Positions 54,924 through 64,000 of a stretch of DNA of 64,000 nt are shown here, piece after piece. The DNA is from a virus: the IMG/VR virus record IMGVR_UViG_3300035682_000005; one strand, given 5' to 3'. The notes under the pieces are model-generated. The model did no database searches. It saw only the letters and a list, made by a program, of their open reading frames with translations, and was not told where the DNA came from. Positions within the stretch are counted from its first letter, which is position 1. Every line of letters begins with the position of its first letter. Position numbers and translations under genes: made by a program.

Positions 54924-55374
54924 CAGTCGCTCACACACAAACACGCTAGATTGAACACATAGAGAAACAGTATAGCATCCAACTTATGGAGGTATAGTCA
55001 GTTATGTTTCAAGATCCCGGTAGCACATTTTTGATCCTTGTTGTGTTGTTTATTGCACAACTTATTGCAGTTGTGTTGGTCCACGATTTAGTGGGTACTG
55101 ATGATGATGATATTGGATAGATAGTAAAAAAGAAATGGGCTAGAAAAGGATATAGAAAGGGATATTTCATATGCACATGATACTTATTGAAGCTGGCAGT
55201 CTTGCTCTTACGTTTGTTTTAACGATTGTGGTGATTGCTATTACAGCGATTGGATGTAGATAGATTTTGGATTGACTAGCGATACTAGCAAAGCGAGATC
55301 AGTTTGGAAAAATAATAATATAAGCGGAGAAAAGCAAGACAACGGATTTTATATCTGTTAGACTGTTTAGCATT

Positions 55375-55656
55375 ATGATGATGAATGTAAACTACGATTA
55401 TTCTAAGCCAGCAACGATGAGTGACTTTGAGCTTGTTGCACACTATCAACGTGTATTAGAAGAGCTTGCGTCGGTTGCAACAACGATCTCGCATGTTCGT
55501 GGCGATGATATGTTGAGCGTATCAGTAATGGGCGTACCGTGTCACATGGATGCGCGACAGCTCAAACAACACATCTCGATGCAGTTAAATTTCTTTGAAC
55601 GTATGATTGAAGAAGCGCAAGCACGTATCGTCAGAAGTGAGGGCAAAGTTGGATAA
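55375..55656 (+). CDS. hypothetical protein
   Basis: ORF only. Confidence 0.5.
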   Translation: MMMNVNYDYSKPATMSDFELVAHYQRVLEELASVATTISHVRGDDMLSVSVMGVPCHMDARQLKQHISMQLNFFERMIEEAQARIVRSEGKVG

Positions 55657-56419
55657 AAACACTACAAACAATAAACCAACATTAACATACTACGCACGTA
55701 TGGTACATAGAATTAAAGCACGACCAGTTTTGCCAATGAGTGCAGACGCAACACAGCCAGCAGATGTAGTCAGTAGCAGCACACAGTCAACAACAGGTGT
55801 TGGCACAAATTCAACAATTGTTGATCCTTCACTTGATCCAGATCCTGCGGCAGCAAGCAATGTACAAAAAGCAACATCAACTGGCAGCACCGGCGGGTTT
55901 GGTTTTGTGCCAAGTGGAACTCCAAGTATACCACCACAAAGCAGTGCAACACCAACACAACAGAACATATCAAGTTCGTCTAGTGGCTCAGCAGCACATC
56001 AACTACTTCAAGGGTTTTATGCCCAATCATACTTAAGTCAGTATGCAGAAAAGAATTCGTTTGATACGTTAGCGCAAGTGACAAAGCCAACAGAGCCTAA
56101 GGTTGAGTGGTCAGATGAGCGCGGCGCGATCTTTACACTCAAAGCATCAAAGATGGAATACAATCGCGACATATTTCACGAGGACACGTACAAACAGGCA
56201 GCACAGAGATTCTTTAAAAAGATTGAATCAGATTTGCGATATACATTCAAAGACTCTACAGAGTTTTCGATTCGATTGATTGAGTACAACGATTATCCAG
56301 ACAGAGAGTTTGTGATTACTCGCGACGCAGAGATTCGCCACAACTACGAAACAGATACATGGCACTGGTGGTTTCTTGATGAACTACATTTGCTTGTTAA
56401 GAAAATGGACAAGAAATAA
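55607..56419 (+). CDS. hypothetical protein with S/T/P-rich low-complexity N-half
   Basis: Start uncertain (ATG 55700 or 55736 plausible). Confidence 0.55.
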   Translation: MKKRKHVSSEVRAKLDKNTTNNKPTLTYYARMVHRIKARPVLPMSADATQPADVVSSSTQSTTGVGTNSTIVDPSLDPDPAAASNVQKATSTGSTGGFGFVPSGTPSIPPQSSATPTQQNISSSSSGSAAHQLLQGFYAQSYLSQYAEKNSFDTLAQVTKPTEPKVEWSDERGAIFTLKASKMEYNRDIFHEDTYKQAAQRFFKKIESDLRYTFKDSTEFSIRLIEYNDYPDREFVITRDAEIRHNYETDTWHWWFLDELHLLVKKMDKK

Positions 56420-56527
56420 TGCTACGCCTATATAAGTATGTGCGACAAGCATATAGAAATGTTGAAATGAAAGAAACATTTAAAATGTATAGAGAGATGT
56501 TTAAGCAATTGAATAGATAATGCATGA

Positions 56528-56604
56528 GCCACCTTAGCTCAGTTGGTAGTAGCGACGGTTTTGTAAACCGTAGGTCAGGGGTTCAAATCCCTTAGGTGGC
56601 TCCA
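56528..56604 (+). tRNA. tRNA-Thr (TGT)
   Basis: GCCACCT/AGGTGGC; ACGGT-TTTGTAA-ACCGT; TTCAAAT; CCA. Confidence 0.93.
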
Positions 56605-56623
56605 CTTTTTTATTATTAGCACT

Positions 56624-56965
56624 ATGATGTACCCACTATACGAACTTGAACAACTTGAAAAGTGGCTTGAAATGAAGATTCAAACGCTCGAAGCATCTGG
56701 TGGTAATCCACTCGAATATAGCGAAGTGAATCTTACAAAGTCAATTTTGAAATTTGTTAAGTTCATGGCATCGCAGCAACGCAACGAACAACTTGATTAT
56801 AGCGTAGCATCATATCAGTATGGTATCGGCATGCAACAACACGCGCCAGCTGTTCGTTATGGTAGCAACACCACAGCGCCAATAGCCACCACACTACAAC
56901 AATCTTCACATGTATGTGATGCGTGTAAAAATATTGATTCAAAACCGTCTACAACGAATGAGTAA
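56624..56965 (+). CDS. hypothetical protein
   Basis: ORF only. Confidence 0.5.
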   Translation: MMYPLYELEQLEKWLEMKIQTLEASGGNPLEYSEVNLTKSILKFVKFMASQQRNEQLDYSVASYQYGIGMQQHAPAVRYGSNTTAPIATTLQQSSHVCDACKNIDSKPSTTNE

Positions 56966-56966
56966 T

Positions 56967-57353
56967 ATGAAAATTACACCAAGCCATAACCTCATTGAGA
57001 ATATTAGGTCAGCAATACGAACGTCAAAAGAACGTCTTGATGAAAACAAACAACAGCGCAAAGCATTGATCACAAAGATCAGTAAACAGAAATTTGAAAT
57101 TCGCACTCGCGAGTCACACATTTCAACACTTGAAGAAGCTAAGTTTTATGATCGTCCAGTTCGTTCAGAGTTAGTTGATCTTGCGCGCCATGATCTCAAG
57201 CGTGAAGTAAAAGTTCTTGAAGACTTGCGACAACATCTTCTTGTTGCAGAAACGTTTCATGCGGTTGAAATTGCAGGGTTTCGAGCACTGCATAAAAGAC
57301 TTGATGTGTTTAATGTTCCATTTGATCCAGTACGAAAAGCAGCAAAGAACTAA
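56967..57353 (+). CDS. coiled-coil hypothetical protein
   Basis: ORF tiling. Confidence 0.55.
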   Translation: MKITPSHNLIENIRSAIRTSKERLDENKQQRKALITKISKQKFEIRTRESHISTLEEAKFYDRPVRSELVDLARHDLKREVKVLEDLRQHLLVAETFHAVEIAGFRALHKRLDVFNVPFDPVRKAAKN

Positions 57354-57533
57354 TATGAAAAATATTTTACTTGCTATGATTTCATATATTGCGTTTGGTC
57401 TTGGTTCACTACCGGATGGCTTGCCAGCAACTGAAGGTGGCATGTTGTTTATTAGCATGTTTGACCATGAGCCAAAGATTGAGCGTCGAATTCAACCAAA
57501 TAGTGTGTACTTATTTTCTGTGGAGTTTTAATT

Positions 57534-57815
57534 ATGGTAGATATTGACCTTAAAAAGATTCTTGGTGAATACTCCCTTGAAGAAGATGACTTCGGTTTCT
57601 CAGCTGTTAGTGAAGAAGAGCATAACAGAGTTGTTACAGACTCAGAACAAACTGTTGAGAACTACAAAGAAAAGCTGGTAGAACTTGAAAAACTCATTGT
57701 TCCATTTTTGATTAAGTTACTCAAGACTGCGGACAAGGAGTATATTTACTGGCCTGGCAGAAAGCCAGTAATTGAGTCCCAGATACAGAAGATTGTTAAA
57801 TTGACTAGAAGTTAA
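57534..57815 (+). CDS. conserved T4-like hypothetical protein
   Basis: GGAG SD; DDFGFSAVSE...PFL.KL...KEYIYWP.R. Confidence 0.7.
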   Translation: MVDIDLKKILGEYSLEEDDFGFSAVSEEEHNRVVTDSEQTVENYKEKLVELEKLIVPFLIKLLKTADKEYIYWPGRKPVIESQIQKIVKLTRS

Positions 57816-57817
57816 GA

Positions 57818-58045
57818 GTGATTATGGCAGCTAAACGAAAAGATGAAACTGACGTAGAAAACACAGTGACTCCAGAAATGAATGCTCTTATTGAAGAGAT
57901 TACAGGTCTTGTAAAACTTCGTCACACACTTACGTATGGAACAGCTACAGGCGCTCGCACAAGTGCAGAGAGCGTCATGAGTCGATCCATAAATGGAAGA
58001 GTTACAGATCTTGCAAAATTGATTTTAAAAAACTTTGACACGTAA
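57818..58045 (+). CDS. hypothetical protein
   Basis: ORF tiling. Confidence 0.5.
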   Translation: MIMAAKRKDETDVENTVTPEMNALIEEITGLVKLRHTLTYGTATGARTSAESVMSRSINGRVTDLAKLILKNFDT

Positions 58046-58070
58046 TTAAAAACGTGTCATTTTATAATGT

Positions 58071-58460
58071 ATGAGCGCACTAACTGATCTTGCAACATTA
58101 TTACCAACACTAAAAACTCAGCTAGAACAAAAAGCTGTGAGAGATGCCAATGCACGTTCTGTTTTTGCATCGACACTCGCATCAGCAAAGTCACAAGATG
58201 GTGCAGATGCATCAAGTTTGCCAACAGTCGATCCATCAAAAAAAGATCTTGACCCGGCACTACTTGCTTCTGTTCTTGATAAAGTGCTTACAGCACTTCA
58301 AGATCTTCAAGCATCATCATTTTCGTTGCAAGCAGTTGGTCCTCCAGCATCATTAGCTGCACCCGGATCTCCTGGTCAGTATTGTGCAGACGCGGCGACT
58401 GGCAAGTTTTATTTGTGTGTTGCATCAAACCAATGGGTTGCTTTAAATATGGTTGCATAA
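58071..58460 (+). CDS. hypothetical protein with tail-fibre-like C-terminal motif
   Basis: PPAS..APG.PGQ...D....FYLCVASNQW. Confidence 0.55.
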   Translation: MSALTDLATLLPTLKTQLEQKAVRDANARSVFASTLASAKSQDGADASSLPTVDPSKKDLDPALLASVLDKVLTALQDLQASSFSLQAVGPPASLAAPGSPGQYCADAATGKFYLCVASNQWVALNMVA

Positions 58461-58465
58461 TTGTT

Positions 58466-58648
58466 ATGATTAAACAAATTAACTACAAAATTATTGACGC
58501 AGACAACGTGCAATTACACATTACATTTACAGATGGTTCACAAACGTGTTTTGCTCTTAACAAAAATGATGTAAATACATTTGTGTTTAAACTTGATGCT
58601 GTGTTTAATGAATTACTCGAAGTTGGAGAACAGGCATGTCAGCAGTAA
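58466..58648 (+). CDS. hypothetical protein
   Basis: ORF tiling. Confidence 0.45.
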   Translation: MIKQINYKIIDADNVQLHITFTDGSQTCFALNKNDVNTFVFKLDAVFNELLEVGEQACQQ

Positions 58649-58848
58649 ACAGAAAAACACACAATGCGTATCGACTTTCAGTTGTGGAACTCACTGATGA
58701 TGAGTTAAGAAAGGAGATATGGCTTCTTGATGAGCACATTAAATACTTACAACGTGAGGATGATCAACGTGCGCATGATGTAATTGAACTGTTACACGTT
58801 GCAATTGACGAAAAGGATCGGCGAGCAATCAACAAAGGATACATGTAA
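58636..58848 (+). CDS. hypothetical protein
   Basis: GGAG SD. Confidence 0.55.
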   Translation: MSAVNRKTHNAYRLSVVELTDDELRKEIWLLDEHIKYLQREDDQRAHDVIELLHVAIDEKDRRAINKGYM

Positions 58849-58849
58849 T

Positions 58850-59071
58850 ATGTCAGACACATTAACAATACTTTCTCGTCACATCTTTGAGGGTGTTGTT
58901 TCCACATTTGGAAAGATGCGCGTTAAAGTGGCTCTTTGGATACTTCCAAAAGATGTGTCTAACTTCGCTAATCTTATAATATCCAAAATGGCATGTGACA
59001 TCCAAAAAATGGATTCTGAAAAAAGAAACAAAATCTCCGCGATCCGTATTGACTTTGAGTTTAGGATTTGA
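58850..59071 (+). CDS. hypothetical protein
   Basis: AAGGA SD. Confidence 0.5.
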   Translation: MSDTLTILSRHIFEGVVSTFGKMRVKVALWILPKDVSNFANLIISKMACDIQKMDSEKRNKISAIRIDFEFRI

Positions 59072-59083
59072 TATTATTAAAGC

Positions 59084-59719
59084 ATGGGTTGTGACATTCA
59101 TGCGCATATTGAATTTTTCTCTAAGACTGAGCATAAGACTACCAGCAATTGTTTTGTTCGTTGTTTTTCTGGTGAGCTATCTTTTGGCAGAGACTACATT
59201 CTTTTCGGTCTCATGGCAGGAGTTCGTCACAGTGTTCCACCAATCATAAAACCTAAAGGTATTCCTACTACGCCAACCTTGTCGTACGAAGTTACAGATG
59301 CATACTATTTAAATGTTATATCTGATGAAGCGCCACGTGCCCCTACAAACTCAATTCGTGAATCACTTGCTAAAGAGTATGTGTCAGAAGCATATTCAAT
59401 ATACGTTGATGATTCAAAACTGAGAATCACGAATCCTAATTTTCACACACCAACTTGGCTTACACTGGATGAACTTCTGATAATTCGCAAGATGTATTTG
59501 TTAGAGACCGTTGAATTTTGGGCAAACATATCAAAACAAAAGAAAATTGACATGCTCAATTTTATCAAAAGCACTGGCGCGCGCGAGTTGATGAAGTATT
59601 CGTTTCCAGATTATGAAAACAGCGTACTCTATGCAGCAGTCGGCACAATGATGTCGCTTGAGCGTGTCAGTGAAAATGCAGATACGGAAACTCGATTGGT
59701 TTGTTGGTTCGATTCTTAA
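59084..59719 (+). CDS. conserved phage hypothetical protein
   Basis: MGCDIH...RDY.LFG.MAGVR...KGIP...H..TWLT..EL...RLV.WFD. Confidence 0.75.
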   Translation: MGCDIHAHIEFFSKTEHKTTSNCFVRCFSGELSFGRDYILFGLMAGVRHSVPPIIKPKGIPTTPTLSYEVTDAYYLNVISDEAPRAPTNSIRESLAKEYVSEAYSIYVDDSKLRITNPNFHTPTWLTLDELLIIRKMYLLETVEFWANISKQKKIDMLNFIKSTGARELMKYSFPDYENSVLYAAVGTMMSLERVSENADTETRLVCWFDS

Positions 59720-59739
59720 TTTAATTGGAGAAATATATT

Positions 59740-60042
59740 ATGATAAAGTACACGAGTGCATTAGTAAAAGAAGCAAAGAATTTATTTCCAGATTCTACAG
59801 GTCTCCACAAAATGATGCAGATGGGCGATGCAAAAGCACTTGACTTTGTTTACTCAAAGTTGGGGTTAACAGTTGATGAGGATGATATCGTTCGTGCGTT
59901 TCGCAACAAGAAAGAAATACGACTTCTTGAAATGGCTAAGAAAGCAAAAGCAATTCGAGACTTTTATCAAAAAATGTTTGTACACATTGACTCTCAAGAA
60001 ATGAAAGTTGCAGATAAACTTGGATATCAAGATTGTATCTAA
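59740..60042 (+). CDS. hypothetical protein
   Basis: GGAG SD. Confidence 0.55.
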   Translation: MIKYTSALVKEAKNLFPDSTGLHKMMQMGDAKALDFVYSKLGLTVDEDDIVRAFRNKKEIRLLEMAKKAKAIRDFYQKMFVHIDSQEMKVADKLGYQDCI

Positions 60043-60045
60043 TAT

Positions 60046-60453
60046 ATGAATGAGCAGAACACAAAGCACATTATTGATGCATGCCCGTCTCTATTTGAAA
60101 CGGTTAATGGGGAGTTAAATTTTTATTTTGAATGTGGCGACGGCTGGGCAGATTTGCTTGTAGAGTTGTGTCAAAAGATACAAAGTCGTCTAAACATCCT
60201 TCATAAGGATCTTGCCAAAGATATTGTGGCATTACAAGTAAAAGAAAAATATGGTACGTTGCGATTTTATGTGTCGTATCATGATGAACTAATTGAGCTG
60301 TGTATTGCCGACGCAGAAAAGAAATCTGCCTGCACTTGCGAACAATGTGGCAAGCCAGGCAAACTTAGAGGACAGGCTTGGTTGTACACAGCATGTGATG
60401 AGCACACACGAAAAGAAGATTTGAATGTGGATGATCTTTCAGAGCTACCATAG
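60046..60453 (+). CDS. conserved phage hypothetical protein
   Basis: FECGDGW...QVKEKYGTLRFY...CEQCGKPG...W..TAC. Confidence 0.75.
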   Translation: MNEQNTKHIIDACPSLFETVNGELNFYFECGDGWADLLVELCQKIQSRLNILHKDLAKDIVALQVKEKYGTLRFYVSYHDELIELCIADAEKKSACTCEQCGKPGKLRGQAWLYTACDEHTRKEDLNVDDLSELP

Positions 60454-60460
60454 GATCTGC

Positions 60461-60468
60461 TATAAATA
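60461..60468 (+). promoter_or_regulatory. T4-type late promoter
   Basis: Exact TATAAATA upstream of gp5. Confidence 0.75.
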
Positions 60469-60494
60469 CACAAGAGATGTGATTTGCAGATTAT

Positions 60495-63263
60495 ATGGAC
60501 TCAACATTTTTAGGAAAAGACGGCTTCATTTGGTGGAAAGGTGTGGTAGAAGATCGAAAAGATCCTATCATGCTTGGTCGCGTTCGTGTGCGCATCTTTG
60601 GTTGGCACTCAGAAGATAGACAACAAATACCCACAGAAGAATTGCCGTGGGCGATGCCAAGTGTTCCATTTGATACTGGTCGCAACCCCGTTGGTCTCAA
60701 AGAAGGAGATTGGGTATGGGGCTTTTTCATGGATGGTTCTGAAGCACAGCGACCAATCGTCGTTGGGTCAATACCAGGCATCGATGAAAAGCCTGCCACA
60801 CCTGAGCTTGGCTTCGGTGATCCAACTCCACCTGAACAAGTTACACCTGATAGTTGTCCGCGTCCACCTGATCTGAACACGGCAGAGCTTGACGAGAAAA
60901 CAGAAGGCAGTAACGCAGAAAAAACAGAAGACACACCTAGTGGACGTTTTTTTAATCCAGACAAGTTGCCTGGTAGCAATGTTGCGTTTGGTGAGTTGAT
61001 CAAGTTTTACGATCCTGCAAACTATAAGTTTGATCTTAATAAAGACGGATCATACGATGCAAACGATTCGTCGCTCATTATCAAAGCAGCAACAAACATT
61101 TTTGGTCAATCTGTTTTTGGTGGAGCAGCACAACTACTAGGCGTCGCAGCAAACGTTATATCTAAGTTTCTTGATGCAGCTGGCAATGTAAAAATTACTC
61201 CTGAAGAGTTGACGCCACCAACACAGTCTCCATACCCTCTGCAAGACAGGCTTATGGAGCCAACTACAAGCAGGCTCGCCCGTAATGAGAAGATTGATCA
61301 AACTATTGTTGGCTTAAAGAAAGGTCAACTTGCAACAGGCACAACAGCAGGATTTGAAGATGGTGGCGTTGGTCTACAAGCTACAGTTGCGCCACAACCA
61401 TTTGATGAGCCTGAAACACCATATGATGCTAAGTATCCATTTAATCACGTATACGAGAGTGAAGCTGGCCATGTTGTTGAGATAGACGATACGCCTGGCG
61501 CAGAACGACTTCATTGGTATCATCGCTCTGGCACATTTAGAGAAATTCATCCAGATGGTACACAGGTCACAAAAGTCAAAAAGAATGATTACAACTTTGT
61601 AATCAAAGACTTTTATAGTGCCGCAGGTGGCAGCATGAACTTTCATGCAACTGAAGCACTTAGACTAAAAGCAGATCAATCAATTACATTAAATGCGGGC
61701 TCTACACTCAACACTCAAGTTGGTGAAGACCTTAACACTGTAGTAGATGGTGATGGTAACACACGAGTTAAAGGTGGCACATATACAATCATTGATGAAG
61801 ACACATGGAAGCACGTATTAGGTGATTCATTCTTTTGTGTTAAGAATGGTGAACTTCACATTAAAGCAAAGAAGAAAATTGTCATCGACTCAGATGCAAC
61901 AATTGAACTTAAATCAAAGCAACACATAAAACTCTCTGCGCCAATTACTACTATGCAAGGTCATGGTGGTGGTCTCACATCAGTCAACATGGTGTCTGTT
62001 GATATCAAATCAATTTTCTTGATGGCACACACCGCAATGGTCGCAGCTGTAGTAGAGCCAGTAGATCCATTATTGTTCTTGCCACCTATTGCTACGCCGC
62101 GAGGCATTGAAGAAAACAAAGCTGGTGATGATAGCTGGTATAAAGAGTCACCAGAAGATGCGTCAAAGAAGTTTGGGTTCTTGCTTCCTAACTCTGGACC
62201 TGGTGCTGTATGGAAGCCAATATCAGACAGTGATAAGAAACTTGTAACACTTGCGCCACATGGTAATGCAGCTGAACATAAGTTCTATGAAGCTATTCCT
62301 ACAGGTGAGCTTGAAGCAGTGCGCATTGCATATCAACACGAAGATGGTAACCAAACATTCTGGGACACAGTTAGACCTATTCATGAAAAGGGCAAAGACA
62401 TCACAGACATGTTTGGCACGCCTCGCAGAGACACGTTCTTAGATGGTAGAACGATGTATAGGTGGCCTAAGCCTGGTAAGGCATATCCAAAACAACTCAT
62501 CTGGGAGATTGGCGGTATTGAGAACTTGATTCTTGACAGCGCAATCAGACACCAAAACCTTGACGGATTGTTTAACGAAGATGATGCGCAGTTAGATTTT
62601 GACGTAATGACAGCTGGACCTGAAGTTGGTAGTGAAGAAGATGGCACAGCATCGCCTAAGTTTGGTTACTTATTACCAAATGGTAAAAACGGCGACGTAT
62701 GGAAACCACTCTCAGAGAGTGACGGGAACTTAGTCACACTCAGTGCTTTAGGTGGCAATCATGAACTATACGAAGCACTCGACACTGGCGAAAAAGAAGT
62801 TGTTCAGATGAAGTACCTCAACATTAGTGGCACAGTAACTCAGTGGACGATTACTCGACCTGTTTTCAAGATGGGTGCTGTTATTGACAGACCTCGAATG
62901 AACACCATGTTTCTCGATGGTGCTAGGCATCTCTGTAGGTGGAACAAGCCTGGAGCAGCATATCCAAAAAACATGTTTTGGGTTGTCAAAGATGGATCTG
63001 GCGCAACCAAGATTGTAAGTTTTATTGCAGATCCAGCATCCAGACACCAATGTTCACCTCCGTTTCCAAATGGATTCAATGAGAAAGTTATTAAGAATGA
63101 CGCAGCAACAGCCAATTTTGGAACAGCAACTGGTAGCATTACGGCGTCTACAATAACAGAAGACGACAGAGCAAACGAGAGAACATCTAAGAATAATAAA
63201 CGCAATAGCGTTCGTCCTAGCGACTCTCCTGCGCCGCTACCGGGCACTTCGAGAAAGGCATAG
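60495..63263 (+). CDS. gp5: baseplate central spike gp5 (no lysozyme domain; C-terminal duplicated domain)
   Basis: WWKGVVEDRKDP.MLGRVRVR; LPWA; WVWGFFMDG; KYPFNHV.ESEAGH..EIDDTPGAERLH..HRSGTF.EI. Confidence 0.9.
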   Translation: MDSTFLGKDGFIWWKGVVEDRKDPIMLGRVRVRIFGWHSEDRQQIPTEELPWAMPSVPFDTGRNPVGLKEGDWVWGFFMDGSEAQRPIVVGSIPGIDEKPATPELGFGDPTPPEQVTPDSCPRPPDLNTAELDEKTEGSNAEKTEDTPSGRFFNPDKLPGSNVAFGELIKFYDPANYKFDLNKDGSYDANDSSLIIKAATNIFGQSVFGGAAQLLGVAANVISKFLDAAGNVKITPEELTPPTQSPYPLQDRLMEPTTSRLARNEKIDQTIVGLKKGQLATGTTAGFEDGGVGLQATVAPQPFDEPETPYDAKYPFNHVYESEAGHVVEIDDTPGAERLHWYHRSGTFREIHPDGTQVTKVKKNDYNFVIKDFYSAAGGSMNFHATEALRLKADQSITLNAGSTLNTQVGEDLNTVVDGDGNTRVKGGTYTIIDEDTWKHVLGDSFFCVKNGELHIKAKKKIVIDSDATIELKSKQHIKLSAPITTMQGHGGGLTSVNMVSVDIKSIFLMAHTAMVAAVVEPVDPLLFLPPIATPRGIEENKAGDDSWYKESPEDASKKFGFLLPNSGPGAVWKPISDSDKKLVTLAPHGNAAEHKFYEAIPTGELEAVRIAYQHEDGNQTFWDTVRPIHEKGKDITDMFGTPRRDTFLDGRTMYRWPKPGKAYPKQLIWEIGGIENLILDSAIRHQNLDGLFNEDDAQLDFDVMTAGPEVGSEEDGTASPKFGYLLPNGKNGDVWKPLSESDGNLVTLSALGGNHELYEALDTGEKEVVQMKYLNISGTVTQWTITRPVFKMGAVIDRPRMNTMFLDGARHLCRWNKPGAAYPKNMFWVVKDGSGATKIVSFIADPASRHQCSPPFPNGFNEKVIKNDAATANFGTATGSITASTITEDDRANERTSKNNKRNSVRPSDSPAPLPGTSRKA

Positions 63264-63345
63264 AGGTATCCAACAATAAGCCAAGATTGCTCAAAGCACT
63301 TCAAAATAGTGCAATAAATAAAACGTATTGTTTTGTTGCAACCTC

Positions 63346-63738
63346 ATGGATCAGACAACTAAGAAAATTTCAGATTTGGATTTCGACTTTGTAGCACATC
63401 CTGTTTCAGGGGACATTGTTCCATTGAAAGATGGTGATGCTGTCAAGAGGGCGATCAAAAACCTCATGTTTACTGGATACTATGAGCGCATGTTTCAGCC
63501 AAGTCTTGGCGCCAACTTGAAACAGTTATTGTTTGAGCCAATAACGCCAATGACTGAAATGAGTATTCGCATCCTGATCTCAGATGTTATTCACGCGTTT
63601 GAGCCACGGGCGAAGATTATCAAACTTGATGTAAGAGTATCGCCAGATGAGAATGGATATAACGTGTATTTGATATTTGCTATAGATCAAATTTCAGAAG
63701 TTGTAACAGTAGACTTCTTCTTAGAAAGGCTAAGATAG
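63346..63738 (+). CDS. gp25: baseplate wedge gp25
   Basis: SDLDFDF..HP; AVKRAIKNL; ERMFQP..G; FEPR; FLERLR. Confidence 0.92.
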   Translation: MDQTTKKISDLDFDFVAHPVSGDIVPLKDGDAVKRAIKNLMFTGYYERMFQPSLGANLKQLLFEPITPMTEMSIRILISDVIHAFEPRAKIIKLDVRVSPDENGYNVYLIFAIDQISEVVTVDFFLERLR

Positions 63739-63739
63739 T

Positions 63740-64000
63740 ATGACACATGTAAAGTATGACAAGTTAGATTTTGATACCATCAAGTCAAACTTAAAACAAT
63801 TTCTCAAAAGTCAAGAACAGTTCAAAGACTACAACTTTGACGGCTCGTCATTATCAATCCTACTAGACGTTCTTGCATACAACACAGCATACAACGGCTT
63901 TTACTTGAATATGCTTTCCAGTGAAATGTTCTTAGATTCAGCCTCGATGCGTGAAAGTATCATATCAAGAGCAAAACATTTGGGCTACGTTCCACGCAGT
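63740..64000 (+). CDS. gp6: baseplate wedge gp6 (5' part, runs off window)
   Basis: LDFDTIKSNLKQFLKSQEQFKDYNFDGS.LSILLDVLAYNT...EMFLDSA..R.S.IS.AKHLGYVPRS. Confidence 0.92.
   Translation, partial: MTHVKYDKLDFDTIKSNLKQFLKSQEQFKDYNFDGSSLSILLDVLAYNTAYNGFYLNMLSSEMFLDSASMRESIISRAKHLGYVPRS

Noticed and set aside
1-64000. Stop-codon recoding
   Set aside because: Core genes are full length in code 11 and use TAA, TAG and TGA as stops; no suppressor tRNA is seen.

Overview
A 64-kb segment of a large, AT-rich T4-like myovirus genome (standard code 11, mostly + strand). Core T4-superfamily genes are recognisable: RNR C-terminus, RuvC-like resolvase, RNase H, PhoH, ATP-dependent ligase, gp33/gp59/gp32, a tail/baseplate block (GH19-bearing tape-measure-like protein, gp51, gp26, gp54-like, gp2, gp4, gp48, gp53, gp27-like) and gp5/gp25/gp6 at the right end. 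Between these blocks is a ~33-kb accessory region (~27-60 kb). RNA genes: a tmRNA (tag ANFDANAYSLAA) and tRNAs Pro, Asp, Glu and Thr. The most notable unexplained features are: (1) about 26 highly diverged paralogues of one unknown ~75-120-aa protein family in tandem arrays; (2) two complete type I hammerhead ribozymes, one cutting 19 nt upstream of tRNA-Asp and one at the 3' end of an unknown structured RNA; (3) a late-promoter-driven pseudoknot small RNA; (4) proteins with T4-like capsid-targeting leaders (nucleotidyltransferase, J-domain protein, HExxH protein); (5) a candidate -1 frameshift joining gp26 and gp51; (6) many apparently leaderless early genes; (7) unusual metabolic genes (GNAT/beta-hydroxylase fusion, lysine 6-aminotransferase, class I aminotransferase, reprolysin-type protease). 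All calls come from motif recognition by eye; no searches were run.
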